The notes: generated from the letters alone by a model not told the origin. Counted from the first letter of the stretch, positions 48,309 through 57,465 are shown. The stretch is 64,000 nucleotides of DNA from Candidatus Aenigmatarchaeota archaeon (GCA_038998335.1 JAVZHQ010000001.1:224001-288000), one strand, 5' to 3'. Translations and numbers: made by a program.

Positions 48309-49745
48309 ATGGCTGATTTAACCAAAAAGGTTTATAAGCCAGACTGTTTAAGAGGAGTTTTAAGTTATTCGTTCATTTTTCTGTTCGTTTTGTTAATATT
48401 TCTTCTTCCGTCCGGAAGGTTCCTCTTCGTATTTTTCTTGTTTATCCTTTTACTTTTTTTGATAGGAGTGTTTGTATTTTACTTGCGCCTTAAAGTCCAA
48501 TCTTATGAGTTGAGAGATGATGGAATTTTAATTAAAAGTGGTATAATAGCAAAAAAACAAGCTCTTGTACTTTATTCTGAAATTCAAGATGTGCAAGAGC
48601 AACAGTTTATCACAGAAAGAATATTTGGCATAGAGAATTTAACTATCCTTACTCTAGCAAAACTTAGGCCTGCTTCGCTGGTTTGCCTTAAAAAGGACGA
48701 AGCAGTCCGAATAAAACAATTTTTATTGTCCAAAGCTAAGATTAGTAAAGAAGGAGTTAAGCCTAAAGTAGCTACTAAAGCTATTTCCAAACAATACGAA
48801 ATCCATCCCGTGAAGAAAACTTTAGCTGTGATACTTCCTTTCTTCTTACTTTTAATTTTTGGTTCTGGTATTTCTTTCCTTCTAGGGGTTGATCTTGTTC
48901 TCATAGCGATTTTGGTTTCTTTCTTTCTATTGTTTCCTATATTTTTCTTGGTAGGTGCCGCTATAGAGAAGATTTCTTTCAGGTTGTACTTTACAGAGGA
49001 CGTAGTTTCTATAGGAAGAGAATTCTTGAGTAAGAATTTTGTGAATTTGCCTTATGAAAAAATCCAAGACGTTTCAATATTTAGAGGCCCTTTTGACAGA
49101 CTTTTAGGCTTTGCAGGAATTGTTATAGAAACTGGTGAAGGTCTAGCTTATGTAGGTAGTGGAAGAAGTAGATATGCTTTGAACATAATCTCAAACCTCT
49201 ATTATAAAGATGCGTTAGAAATTAGAGAGTTTATTCTCAAAAAAAGTGGAATAAAAAATTTAAAAACCGAATTTTTGAGAAATGAATTTCCGCTGGAGAA
49301 AAGAAAAATTTTAAAAAAAAGTGTTAGTTCAACTTTCTGGCTGTCTTTATTCTTAGCTATCGCAACTTCTGTCATTTATCCACTCGGGCAATTCTGGGGC
49401 AGTTTACTTCTACGCTTTTTCCCAATTTTTCCTGTCGCCTTTTTCTTAATTAAACTTGTTTATGAAACTTTTTACTTCAAAAGTTATAGCTATTCTGATA
49501 ACGAAGAGATATTAAGCTTGAAAAAAGGCGTGATTAAAATTACTGAAGTAACTATTCCTTACAAAAAAGTCGAGAATGTTTTTGTTGATCAAGATTTATT
49601 TGATAGGATTTTCAAGCTTTATGATGTTCATCTTTCAACTATAGGTACTGTTTCACAAATGGAATTGCATATCGATGGTGTTTCAAGAGAAACTGCTGAA
49701 AAATTAAAAAATTGGTTATTGAATAGAATTAGGGTAAGAAAATGA
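48309..49745 (+). CDS. membrane protein with three bPH_2 domains
   Basis: Three 2TM+PH units (YSEIQDV, YEKIQDV, YKKVENV). Confidence 0.8.
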   Translation: MADLTKKVYKPDCLRGVLSYSFIFLFVLLIFLLPSGRFLFVFFLFILLLFLIGVFVFYLRLKVQSYELRDDGILIKSGIIAKKQALVLYSEIQDVQEQQFITERIFGIENLTILTLAKLRPASLVCLKKDEAVRIKQFLLSKAKISKEGVKPKVATKAISKQYEIHPVKKTLAVILPFFLLLIFGSGISFLLGVDLVLIAILVSFFLLFPIFFLVGAAIEKISFRLYFTEDVVSIGREFLSKNFVNLPYEKIQDVSIFRGPFDRLLGFAGIVIETGEGLAYVGSGRSRYALNIISNLYYKDALEIREFILKKSGIKNLKTEFLRNEFPLEKRKILKKSVSSTFWLSLFLAIATSVIYPLGQFWGSLLLRFFPIFPVAFFLIKLVYETFYFKSYSYSDNEEILSLKKGVIKITEVTIPYKKVENVFVDQDLFDRIFKLYDVHLSTIGTVSQMELHIDGVSRETAEKLKNWLLNRIRVRK

Positions 49746-49969
49746 GGGGCGAATATACCGAGCTTACATGTCCTTTTTGTGATAAGGGAAGAATACAAGC
49801 GTGGTATATTCCAGGAGCAATAAGTGTTAAGAGAGGAAGCTGTAGAAGCTTGCCAAGGTTTACAAAACACAAAAGTTCAGATGTTTGGATAATAAAATCT
49901 GGTTGCGAAGTTTGTGGTAAGTCGCAAGAGGAAGTTGAAAAAGAATTGAGGAGAAAGGGGATTATCTAG
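49742..49969 (+). CDS. small zinc-ribbon protein
   Basis: CPFC...CEVCGKS. Confidence 0.65.
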   Translation: MRGEYTELTCPFCDKGRIQAWYIPGAISVKRGSCRSLPRFTKHKSSDVWIIKSGCEVCGKSQEEVEKELRRKGII

Positions 49970-50138
49970 AAAGTTTTTTCCAAGCATAGCTAAGAGTTTC
50001 GTAAAGAGCAGTGCAGCCCCCATAGACTACAAAAGAAGCAAGAATATCCTTTAGAGCTTCAGGATTTTTAGAGGCATAATAGCTTAAATAACCTAAGGCA
50101 CAAGCTCCAGCGAGGTAACCTAAGTTTTTGAGCTTCAT
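49962..50138 (-). CDS. small hydrophobic protein (58 aa), not in ORF track
   Basis: MKLKNLGYLAGACALGYLSYY...AWKKLSR*; fills the gap. Confidence 0.55.
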   Translation of the reverse strand: MKLKNLGYLAGACALGYLSYYASKNPEALKDILASFVVYGGCTALYETLSYAWKKLSR

Positions 50139-50169
50139 GATTAAAAGTTAAAAAGAAAACTATAAAAAA

Positions 50170-50835
50170 TTATCGAACAATTTTAAGTAATTCCTCTATG
50201 CTTTTAATTTCAAAATCTGCTTTTCCTCTTTCTTTTCTTTCTTGTCCATACTTTGCAAGTACAGTTTTGATTCCAAGCCTTTTCGCTGGTTTTATGTCTC
50301 TTTCTACAGAATCCCCAACTAAAAGAACTTCTTCTGGCTTAAGTTCAAGTTTTTTTAAAGCAAGTTTTAAAGGCTCTAAACTTGCTTTTTCTTTTCCTGT
50401 ATCTTCTTTTCCGATAAGAAAATCAAAATAATCATCAATTCCAAGAGCTAAAACTCTTTGATACGCTTTAAGCTTAGGAGCATCTGTAACTATTACAAGT
50501 CTTAACCCAAATTTTCTCAACTTTTTAAGAGTAGATTTAACCTTTGGGTAAGGTTTAAGGAATTTTTGTTTTTTCTCAAGGTAAGCGTTTATCCCAGCTG
50601 CTAAAATTTTCTCGCTTAGAAAGCCTTGATTTTCCAAGAATTTTTCAAAAGCTTTGTCTGATTCTATCCCAACTTTAAAATAGGTTTTCATAAGTTTTTT
50701 GTAAGCTTTTTTAAAAGGAAGTCTCAAGCCTTTTTTTATCATTGCTTTAACAGCTGCCTTACAAGCTTCTTGCTTCATCTTTATAAAATCTATTAGAGTA
50801 TTGTCCAAATCAAAAATTATTGCCTTGATTTTCAT
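50170..50835 (-). CDS. HAD-IA hydrolase (TIGR02253-like)
   Basis: FDLDNTL, IVTD, VGDSVERDI. Confidence 0.85.
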   Translation of the reverse strand: MKIKAIIFDLDNTLIDFIKMKQEACKAAVKAMIKKGLRLPFKKAYKKLMKTYFKVGIESDKAFEKFLENQGFLSEKILAAGINAYLEKKQKFLKPYPKVKSTLKKLRKFGLRLVIVTDAPKLKAYQRVLALGIDDYFDFLIGKEDTGKEKASLEPLKLALKKLELKPEEVLLVGDSVERDIKPAKRLGIKTVLAKYGQERKERGKADFEIKSIEELLKIVR

Positions 50836-50868
50836 AAACTTTATTTTTGAATTAAACCTAATTAAGGA

Positions 50869-51318
50869 TTACGTAACGTCTTCCCTTGTAAAGATCCTTT
50901 CGCAAAAATAGCATCTTAACTTTAAAGGCTCTTTTTCCTCCACTATAAACTTTGTTTCCACTTCTTCATAATTTGTTATACAGTTTTTGTTTGGGCATTT
51001 AATCACACCTTCCAACATTTCAGGCAAGGAAATTTTTCTTTTTTCAACAACTTTCCAGCTTCTTATAATGTTTAGAGTTGCAGAAGGAGCTATTAAAGCA
51101 ATTCTGCTTACTTCTTTTTCTGTTAACTCTCGGTTTTCAACTTTAACTACATCTTTTTTTCCTAGTTTTTTGCTTTGAACGTTCATTAGGATTACGCTGG
51201 TAGAATTATTTTCTTCTAGGTTTAAAAGGGATGCGACCTTTAACCCTAGGTTGGCTGGAATGTGATCTATCACTGTACCGTTTTCTATTTTTCTTACAAG
51301 CAATTCTTTCTCGCTCAT
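50869..51318 (-). CDS. pyrI: aspartate carbamoyltransferase regulatory subunit
   Basis: IENGTVIDHI, CPNKNCIT, RCYFCE. Confidence 0.95.
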   Translation of the reverse strand: MSEKELLVRKIENGTVIDHIPANLGLKVASLLNLEENNSTSVILMNVQSKKLGKKDVVKVENRELTEKEVSRIALIAPSATLNIIRSWKVVEKRKISLPEMLEGVIKCPNKNCITNYEEVETKFIVEEKEPLKLRCYFCERIFTREDVT

Positions 51319-52238
51319 GGACACACCAGGTTCAAAACAGCCATTCTTACAGGAATTCCATAATAAACTTGATCGAAATATTTTGCTTTTTTTGTTTTGT
51401 CTATGCTTCCCTCGATTTCAACAGTTTTTGGTAAAGCGTGCAATATTACAGCATCTTCCTTAGTTTTTTCAAGGATTTGTTGGGTTATCTTAAAACTTTT
51501 TTGAATCTTTTCTGCTTCATAAACATCTTCAAACCTTTCCTTCTGAATCCTGCAAACATAAATTACATCAGCGTTTTTTATTCCTGAAATTATGTTGTCT
51601 GTTTGGATTATATCAGCGTCAAACTTTTTCAAAATTTCCATTATAAATTCTTCTGGAAATTCTAAACCGACAGGTGAAACTAAGGTTAAACTAGCTTTAA
51701 ACATAGCTAAAGCGTAAGCAAGGCTTTTCATAACTCTTCCGTGCTTTAAATCTCCAACCAAAGCAACGTTTAAACCTTCTATTCTTCCCTTCAATTTTTT
51801 GATGGTATACAAATCTAAAAGAGTTTGGGTAGGATGCTGATTTGCACCATCACCTGCGTTTATCACAGGCTTTTCTGAAATTTCTGCAGCAAGCCTTGCT
51901 GCACCTTCTTTTGGGTGGCGGATAACTATCAGATTGCAATATTTCTCTACTGTTCTAATCGTATCGATTAAGGTTTCACCTTTTGCTATGGAAGTCCCTT
52001 CAATACTTTCAAAACCTATCACGCTACCACCAAGCTTTTGCATCGCACTTGCAAAAGAAAGCCTTGTCCTTGTGCTTGGCTCAAAGAATAAGTTTGCAAG
52101 AATTTTTCCTTTCAGTAAATCTAGACAAGCTTTTTCAGCAAGCAATGATTCCATTCTTTCTGCTTCCTCAAGAATTTTTTCTATTTCTCTTTTTTCTAAA
52201 TCTCTTATCGATATGATATCCTTTCCTTTGAAATTCAT
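51315..52238 (-). CDS. pyrB: aspartate carbamoyltransferase catalytic subunit
   Basis: FFEPSTRTRLSF, NAGDGANQHPTQ. Confidence 0.95.
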   Translation of the reverse strand: MNFKGKDIISIRDLEKREIEKILEEAERMESLLAEKACLDLLKGKILANLFFEPSTRTRLSFASAMQKLGGSVIGFESIEGTSIAKGETLIDTIRTVEKYCNLIVIRHPKEGAARLAAEISEKPVINAGDGANQHPTQTLLDLYTIKKLKGRIEGLNVALVGDLKHGRVMKSLAYALAMFKASLTLVSPVGLEFPEEFIMEILKKFDADIIQTDNIISGIKNADVIYVCRIQKERFEDVYEAEKIQKSFKITQQILEKTKEDAVILHALPKTVEIEGSIDKTKKAKYFDQVYYGIPVRMAVLNLVCP

Positions 52239-55200
52239 ACTAACGCCCTTAAAAACCTTTCAAGTAAGTTAAAGTTCGTGATCAAAGGAATTCCAAATTC
52301 TACAGCCTTTCTTCTTAAATAATATTCTAAATCACTTTCTTCTGAAGGCACGTTTATCACTAGCTTTATTTCTTTGTTAGCTAGCAAATCTAATACCTCT
52401 TCTTTTATTTCTCTTGCGTGGAATAAATAGTTAAAGTTTTGGTAAATACTTGAAGGAACAAAAACTTGGAACCCTTTATTTTCGAGCAACCTTCCTATCT
52501 CTATTCCTAAGCTATTATTTGAGATTAATAAAACTTTGTCACCTGGCTTTGGTATACTAATACCGCTTGCCATTAAAGATTTAATAAAAGCTTCCTCAAA
52601 ACTTTGACCAAAGCAGGCTACTTCTCCTGTAGAAACCATTTCAACGCTTAGTATAGGATCTGCCTTTTCTAGACGCATAAAAGAGAACTGTGGTGACTTT
52701 ACTCCATACTTCTTAGGAACTTTTTCTCCATCAGGAATCTCTTCTCCAAAAATTGCTTTAGCAGCTAGTTCCATCAAGTTTATTCCTATTGTTTTTGAGA
52801 CAAAAGGCATGCTTCTACTTGCTCTTAAGTTGCATTCAATAACGTAAGCTTCGTTATCCTTAACAAGGAACTGAACGTTAAAAGGGCCAATAATCTTAAG
52901 TTTTCTTGCTATGTTTTTTGCATAAACCCTAATCTTTCTTTTTATTTCTTCGCTTAAACTTATAGGAGGAATTGTCATGGTAGCGTCGCCTGAATGAACT
53001 CCTGCCTGCTCGATATGCTCAATTATTGCTCCTATGAAAACGTTTTCTCCATCACTTACTCCGTCAACTTCAACCTCTTTTGCTCCTTCTATAAACTTTG
53101 AAACAACAACAGGATACTCTCTTGAAACTTTTGAAGCAAGTTTCAAGTATTCTTCCAGTTCTTCTTCATTTTTTGCAACTTTCATAGCAGAACCTGAAAG
53201 AACGTAAGAAGGTCTAATCAAAACAGGATAGCCAAAATCTTGAGCAAACTCTTTTACTTTATCTATACTTTCAGCCTTGCACCATTCTGGTTGAGGAATT
53301 CTTAATTCGTTTAGCAAAGAGCTAAACTTTGCTCTATCTTCAGCTCTATCTATGCTTTCTGCGCTTGTTCCAAGAAGTTTTACACCAAACCTTGCAAGTT
53401 TCAAAGCTAGATTATTTGGGATTTGGCCACCAACGCTTACTACTACTCCTAAAGGATTTTCCTTTTCAACTATATCCAAAACTCTTTCTAGGGTTAATTC
53501 CTCAAAGTAAAGTTTGTCCAAAACGTCAAAATCTGTAGAAACAGTTTCTGGGTTATAGTTTATCATTATAACTTCATCAACCTTATTTTTTAAAGCCCAG
53601 GCCATATTCACGCAGCACCAATCAAACTCTACGCTTGAACCAATTCTATAACAACCTGAACCAAGAACAATTGCTTTTGTTTTGTTTGGAAATTCTATAT
53701 CATCCTTTTCACCATTATAAGTTAGGTAAAGGTAATTTGTTTGAGCAGGCCATTCAGCCGCTAGCGTATCTATTTGTTTTACTACAGGCAAAATTCCAAA
53801 AGATTTTCTTTTTTCTCTAACTTCTTTTTCACTTATTCTCAAAAGTTGGGCGATTTTCTTGTCAGAAAAGCCAAGCTTTTTCATTTCTTTTAAGCTTTCT
53901 TTGTCTAAACTCTTGAAATTTCTTTCAGCTTCAACTATTTCTTTTATTTTAAACAAGAACCATTTGTCTATTCCTGTGAGCTTGTAAATTTCTTCTATTT
54001 CCATCCCTTTTTGTATAGCTTTGACTATGTAGAAAAGTCTTTGGTCTGTCGGGTTTTCTAGTTCTTTCTTTATTCTTTCTAAATCCTCTTCTAAATCTTG
54101 AGTATCAGTAAGCTCTTTTCCTATATCAAGCATTCTAACTGCTTTTTGTAAGGCTTCTTCAAACCTTCTTCCTATTGCCATCACTTCACCTACTGATTTC
54201 ATTTGAGTTCCTATTCTTCTGCTAACTTTCCTAAACTTTTGAAAATCCCATCTAGGAATTTTAACAACTATGTAATCCAAAGCAGGTTCGAAGCATGCAG
54301 TAGTAACTCCAGTAACTTTGTTTTTAAGCTCTGGTAAAGTATAACCTAGAGCAAGCTTAGCAGCTATATAAGCTATAGGGTAGCCTGTAGCCTTTGAAGC
54401 TAAGGCAGAACTTCTTGAAAGTCTTGGATTTACTTCTATAACTCTAAACTCTTCGTTTTTCGGGTTAAGAGCAAATTGAATGTTGCATTCCCCTATAATT
54501 TTTAAAGCTCTTACTACTTTGAAGCTTACGCTTCTTAGTAAATGATATTCTCTGTTTGTCAAAGTTTGGGAAGGAGCAACAACTATACTATCGCCAGTAT
54601 GAATTCCCATAGGATCAAAATTTTCCATGTTGCAAACTATTGCGCAATTATCTTCACAATCTCTCATCACTTCATACTCAACTTCCTTCCACTTTCCGAG
54701 ATATTCTTCTATTAAAACTTGTTTTATTCTGCTGTGAACTAAGCCACGAGAAACAATTTCTTTAAGCTGGTTTTCATCGTAAGCTACGCCTGTTCCCTGG
54801 CCACCAAGAGTATAAGCTACCCTTACCATTACAGGATAGCCTATTTTATTAGTAACTTCTACAGCTTCTTCTATACTATTTGCTTTCCCACTTCTTGGAA
54901 CAGGAATTTTATTTTCATTTAAAATTCTTCTAAATTTTTCTCTGTTGCTCGCATTTTCTATTGCTTCTACACTAGTTCCCAAAACTCTTACGTTATACTT
55001 TTCATAAACCCCTCTTTCAAAAAGTTCAACTCCGCAATTCAAAGCAGTTTGACCACCAAAAGTTAAAAGAATTCCATCTGGCCTTTCTTCTTCTATCACT
55101 TTTTCGACAAAATCTGGAGTAATCGGCAAGAAATAAACTTTATCCACAAACTTCTCATCAGTTTGAATTGTTGCAACATTTGGATTAACAAGAATTACTT

Positions 55201-55327
55201 TTATCCCTTCTTCTTTTAAGGCTTTTATTGCTTGCGCTCCCGAATAATCAAACTCTCCAGCTTCACCTATTTTTATAGCTCCTGAACCAAGGATTAAAAC
55301 TTTATTTATTCCTTTTAGCCTTGGCAT
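52235..55327 (-). CDS. carB: carbamoyl-phosphate synthase large subunit
   Basis: GEAGEFDYSG, HTGDS, NPRLSRSSALASKATG; duplicated ATP-grasp. Confidence 0.95.
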   Translation of the reverse strand: MPRLKGINKVLILGSGAIKIGEAGEFDYSGAQAIKALKEEGIKVILVNPNVATIQTDEKFVDKVYFLPITPDFVEKVIEEERPDGILLTFGGQTALNCGVELFERGVYEKYNVRVLGTSVEAIENASNREKFRRILNENKIPVPRSGKANSIEEAVEVTNKIGYPVMVRVAYTLGGQGTGVAYDENQLKEIVSRGLVHSRIKQVLIEEYLGKWKEVEYEVMRDCEDNCAIVCNMENFDPMGIHTGDSIVVAPSQTLTNREYHLLRSVSFKVVRALKIIGECNIQFALNPKNEEFRVIEVNPRLSRSSALASKATGYPIAYIAAKLALGYTLPELKNKVTGVTTACFEPALDYIVVKIPRWDFQKFRKVSRRIGTQMKSVGEVMAIGRRFEEALQKAVRMLDIGKELTDTQDLEEDLERIKKELENPTDQRLFYIVKAIQKGMEIEEIYKLTGIDKWFLFKIKEIVEAERNFKSLDKESLKEMKKLGFSDKKIAQLLRISEKEVREKRKSFGILPVVKQIDTLAAEWPAQTNYLYLTYNGEKDDIEFPNKTKAIVLGSGCYRIGSSVEFDWCCVNMAWALKNKVDEVIMINYNPETVSTDFDVLDKLYFEELTLERVLDIVEKENPLGVVVSVGGQIPNNLALKLARFGVKLLGTSAESIDRAEDRAKFSSLLNELRIPQPEWCKAESIDKVKEFAQDFGYPVLIRPSYVLSGSAMKVAKNEEELEEYLKLASKVSREYPVVVSKFIEGAKEVEVDGVSDGENVFIGAIIEHIEQAGVHSGDATMTIPPISLSEEIKRKIRVYAKNIARKLKIIGPFNVQFLVKDNEAYVIECNLRASRSMPFVSKTIGINLMELAAKAIFGEEIPDGEKVPKKYGVKSPQFSFMRLEKADPILSVEMVSTGEVACFGQSFEEAFIKSLMASGISIPKPGDKVLLISNNSLGIEIGRLLENKGFQVFVPSSIYQNFNYLFHAREIKEEVLDLLANKEIKLVINVPSEESDLEYYLRRKAVEFGIPLITNFNLLERFLRALV

Positions 55328-56427
55328 TTTTCCACCTCTTTTAAGAACAAGTCAAAAAGGAATTCTGTGTCTAAAGGACCAGGAGAGGCTTCTGGATGGA
55401 ATTGCACTCCAAAAATACTTTTTTTCTTGTGTTTTATTCCTTCTATTGTTTTGTCGTTAGCGTTTATGAACCAAGGCTCAAAATCGGTTTCTTTCAAAGA
55501 ATTCAACTCTATAGCATAGCCATGGTTTTGACTTGTTATGTAGCATTTTTTTGTTTTCAAATCAATTACAGGGTGGTTTTGGCCTCTGTGACCAAACTTA
55601 AGTTTGTAAGTTTTTGCACCAGAAGCTAAGGCGAGAATTTGGTTTCCAAGGCAAATTCCCATTATCGGTAACTCAGTTTCTAAGAGTTTTTTCACTGTTT
55701 CTATGGTTTCTTTAACCATTTCTGGGTTTCCTGGGCCGTTTGAAATAACTATTCCATTTGGTTCAAAGTCAAGAATTTTATCACAAGAAAAATTGTAAGG
55801 AACTCTTATCACACTAAAATTTCTTTCAAGCAGACTTCTTAAAATTCCGTATTTTGTCCCACAATCTATCAAAACAACTTTTCTTTTCCCAGAATTATAT
55901 TCTATTGGCTTAGAAATACTAACCTCTTTAACCAAATTTCTTTTGTTTGGGTCTTCTATTTTATTCAGTTTTCCTTTTATTTCTTCTAAATCATAATCTC
56001 CAACTTTTAGAATTCCAAGCATAACTCCCTTTATTCTTAATTTTTTTGTTAGTTCACGAGTATCTATTCCTTCTATTCCTGGAATTTTTTGCTCATAAAG
56101 CCATTCTTCTAAACTTTTCTTACAAGTCCAGTGGCTTGGGTTTCTCTGAAGCTCAGAAATAACATAACCTTTAACTTTTATTCCTTCGGACTCGAAGTGC
56201 AAAGGAATCCCTTTTTCTTTTATAGAAAGGGAAGGTACTCCATAGCAACCTATAAGAACATAAGTTTGAACAAGAATTTGACCGAAATAAGAAGGATCTG
56301 TTAAAGCTTCTGGGTAGCCTACCATTCCAGTATTAAAAACAACCTCACCAGAAACTTCACAAGGATAACCAAAGCCTTTCCCTTCAAGAATTGTTCCATC
56401 TTCAAGGGCTAAAATTGCTTTAAGCAA
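55315..56427 (-). CDS. carA: carbamoyl-phosphate synthase small subunit
   Basis: GEVVFNTGMVGY, SNGPG, GICLG, QFHPE. Confidence 0.95.
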   Translation of the reverse strand: MLKAILALEDGTILEGKGFGYPCEVSGEVVFNTGMVGYPEALTDPSYFGQILVQTYVLIGCYGVPSLSIKEKGIPLHFESEGIKVKGYVISELQRNPSHWTCKKSLEEWLYEQKIPGIEGIDTRELTKKLRIKGVMLGILKVGDYDLEEIKGKLNKIEDPNKRNLVKEVSISKPIEYNSGKRKVVLIDCGTKYGILRSLLERNFSVIRVPYNFSCDKILDFEPNGIVISNGPGNPEMVKETIETVKKLLETELPIMGICLGNQILALASGAKTYKLKFGHRGQNHPVIDLKTKKCYITSQNHGYAIELNSLKETDFEPWFINANDKTIEGIKHKKKSIFGVQFHPEASPGPLDTEFLFDLFLKEVEKCQG

Positions 56428-56468
56428 TGCCCACTCTTATTTTTGTTTTTTGAAGTATTTAAAATTAA

Positions 56469-57167
56469 TCAAATTATATTGTAAAGTCTTAGAACGATTT
56501 GTTCCAAATCTGGTTCAAACAAGCCGTATTTTTCAAGGTTTGAGGAATAAGAAATGAAAGAATCTTCATAATCTTCAACTTTTTTTCTAAACTCTTCTAT
56601 CTTGTTTTCTTTTATCCATTTTTCAACCTTAACTTTTTCTCCTTCAAAGCAGCCTGGACAAAGCTCTATTTCCACATACTTTTTATCAACATGTAAAAAA
56701 GGGTATTTCTTACAAACCCACGGCCTAACAGGATAAATTTCGCATAAGTTTGAATTGCTCAGGAAAATGCATTTACCGTCAGGCTTTTGTTTAAGAGTTA
56801 GAATATCATCAGAAACTTCAAAGTAGTGCTTGAAGGTTTGTTTTCTATCAAGGTCGATAAAAGAGCAGATTTTTTCAAATTCTTCTGGAAGAACAGAAAC
56901 TTTTCTTTTGATACAGCAATCGCCATCTTTTATACAATTGAAGTAAAAAAATTCTTCTTTGTTCAAAATGAGGATTGGGAGAAAAAATTCTCCTGTGTAT
57001 TGCAATTTTATAAGTTTATCTCTTCCGTAAACTTTTGTTACAAGCTTACAAGCTTGTATAGCATACTTGCTTCTTGAAAAGATTGCTGGGTCATTTCGAA
57101 AAAGGCCTAATATAGAAAGAGTTCTTAGGATTTCTTCTGGTTTTATCACGACTTCAAATTTTTCCAT
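56469..57167 (-). CDS. YkgJ-family (CxxCxxCC-type) cysteine-cluster protein
   Basis: CIKDGDCC (second Cys replaced by Asp), CIFL, CEIYPVRPWVCKKYPF. Confidence 0.75.
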   Translation of the reverse strand: MEKFEVVIKPEEILRTLSILGLFRNDPAIFSRSKYAIQACKLVTKVYGRDKLIKLQYTGEFFLPILILNKEEFFYFNCIKDGDCCIKRKVSVLPEEFEKICSFIDLDRKQTFKHYFEVSDDILTLKQKPDGKCIFLSNSNLCEIYPVRPWVCKKYPFLHVDKKYVEIELCPGCFEGEKVKVEKWIKENKIEEFRKKVEDYEDSFISYSSNLEKYGLFEPDLEQIVLRLYNII

Positions 57168-57225
57168 AATGAAATTTTAGAAAAAAAGCTTTTAAGATTG
57201 TAGCAACTCAGATAACTAAGTTCAG

Positions 57226-57370
57226 CGCCGAGGCTGGGATTTGAACCCAGAAGGGGCAAAGCCCCACCAGCTTTCTCAACTCACCTCCGACTCATCATTA
57301 GTCAGAGTCAAGCCATTTTATCATTGAAAGACTCAAGGCTGGCGCGTTAGCCAGGTTCCGCCACCTCGGC
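57226..57370 (-). tRNA. tRNA-Ser(TGA) with 59-nt intron at 37/38 (57273-57331)
   Basis: Acceptor GCCGAGG/CCTCGGC with G73; CCAGC-CTTGAG|A-GCTGG; variable arm GGGGC-TTT-GCCCC; GTTCAAATC. Confidence 0.93.
57273..57331 (-). ncRNA. putative box C/D guide sRNA encoded by the tRNA-Ser intron
   Basis: C (ATGATAA) - 12 nt - D' (CTGA) - 3 nt - C' (ATGATGA) - 12 nt - D (TTGA). Confidence 0.7.
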
Positions 57371-57399
57371 TTCCTCATCTTTATTCAGACCTTGAGTCT
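57371..57399 (-). ncRNA. putative D'/C' box guide in the pre-tRNA-Ser 5' leader, targeting U34
   Basis: AGACTCAAGGT-CTGA-ATAAAG-ATGAGGA; the guide is complementary to GCCTTGAG|TCT of the same pre-tRNA. Confidence 0.7.
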
Positions 57400-57465
57400 A
57401 ATTAAAATATGAGTTTTAATTTTAAAATATTAGAACTTAAAAATTAAATTTATCAAATTAATTTT

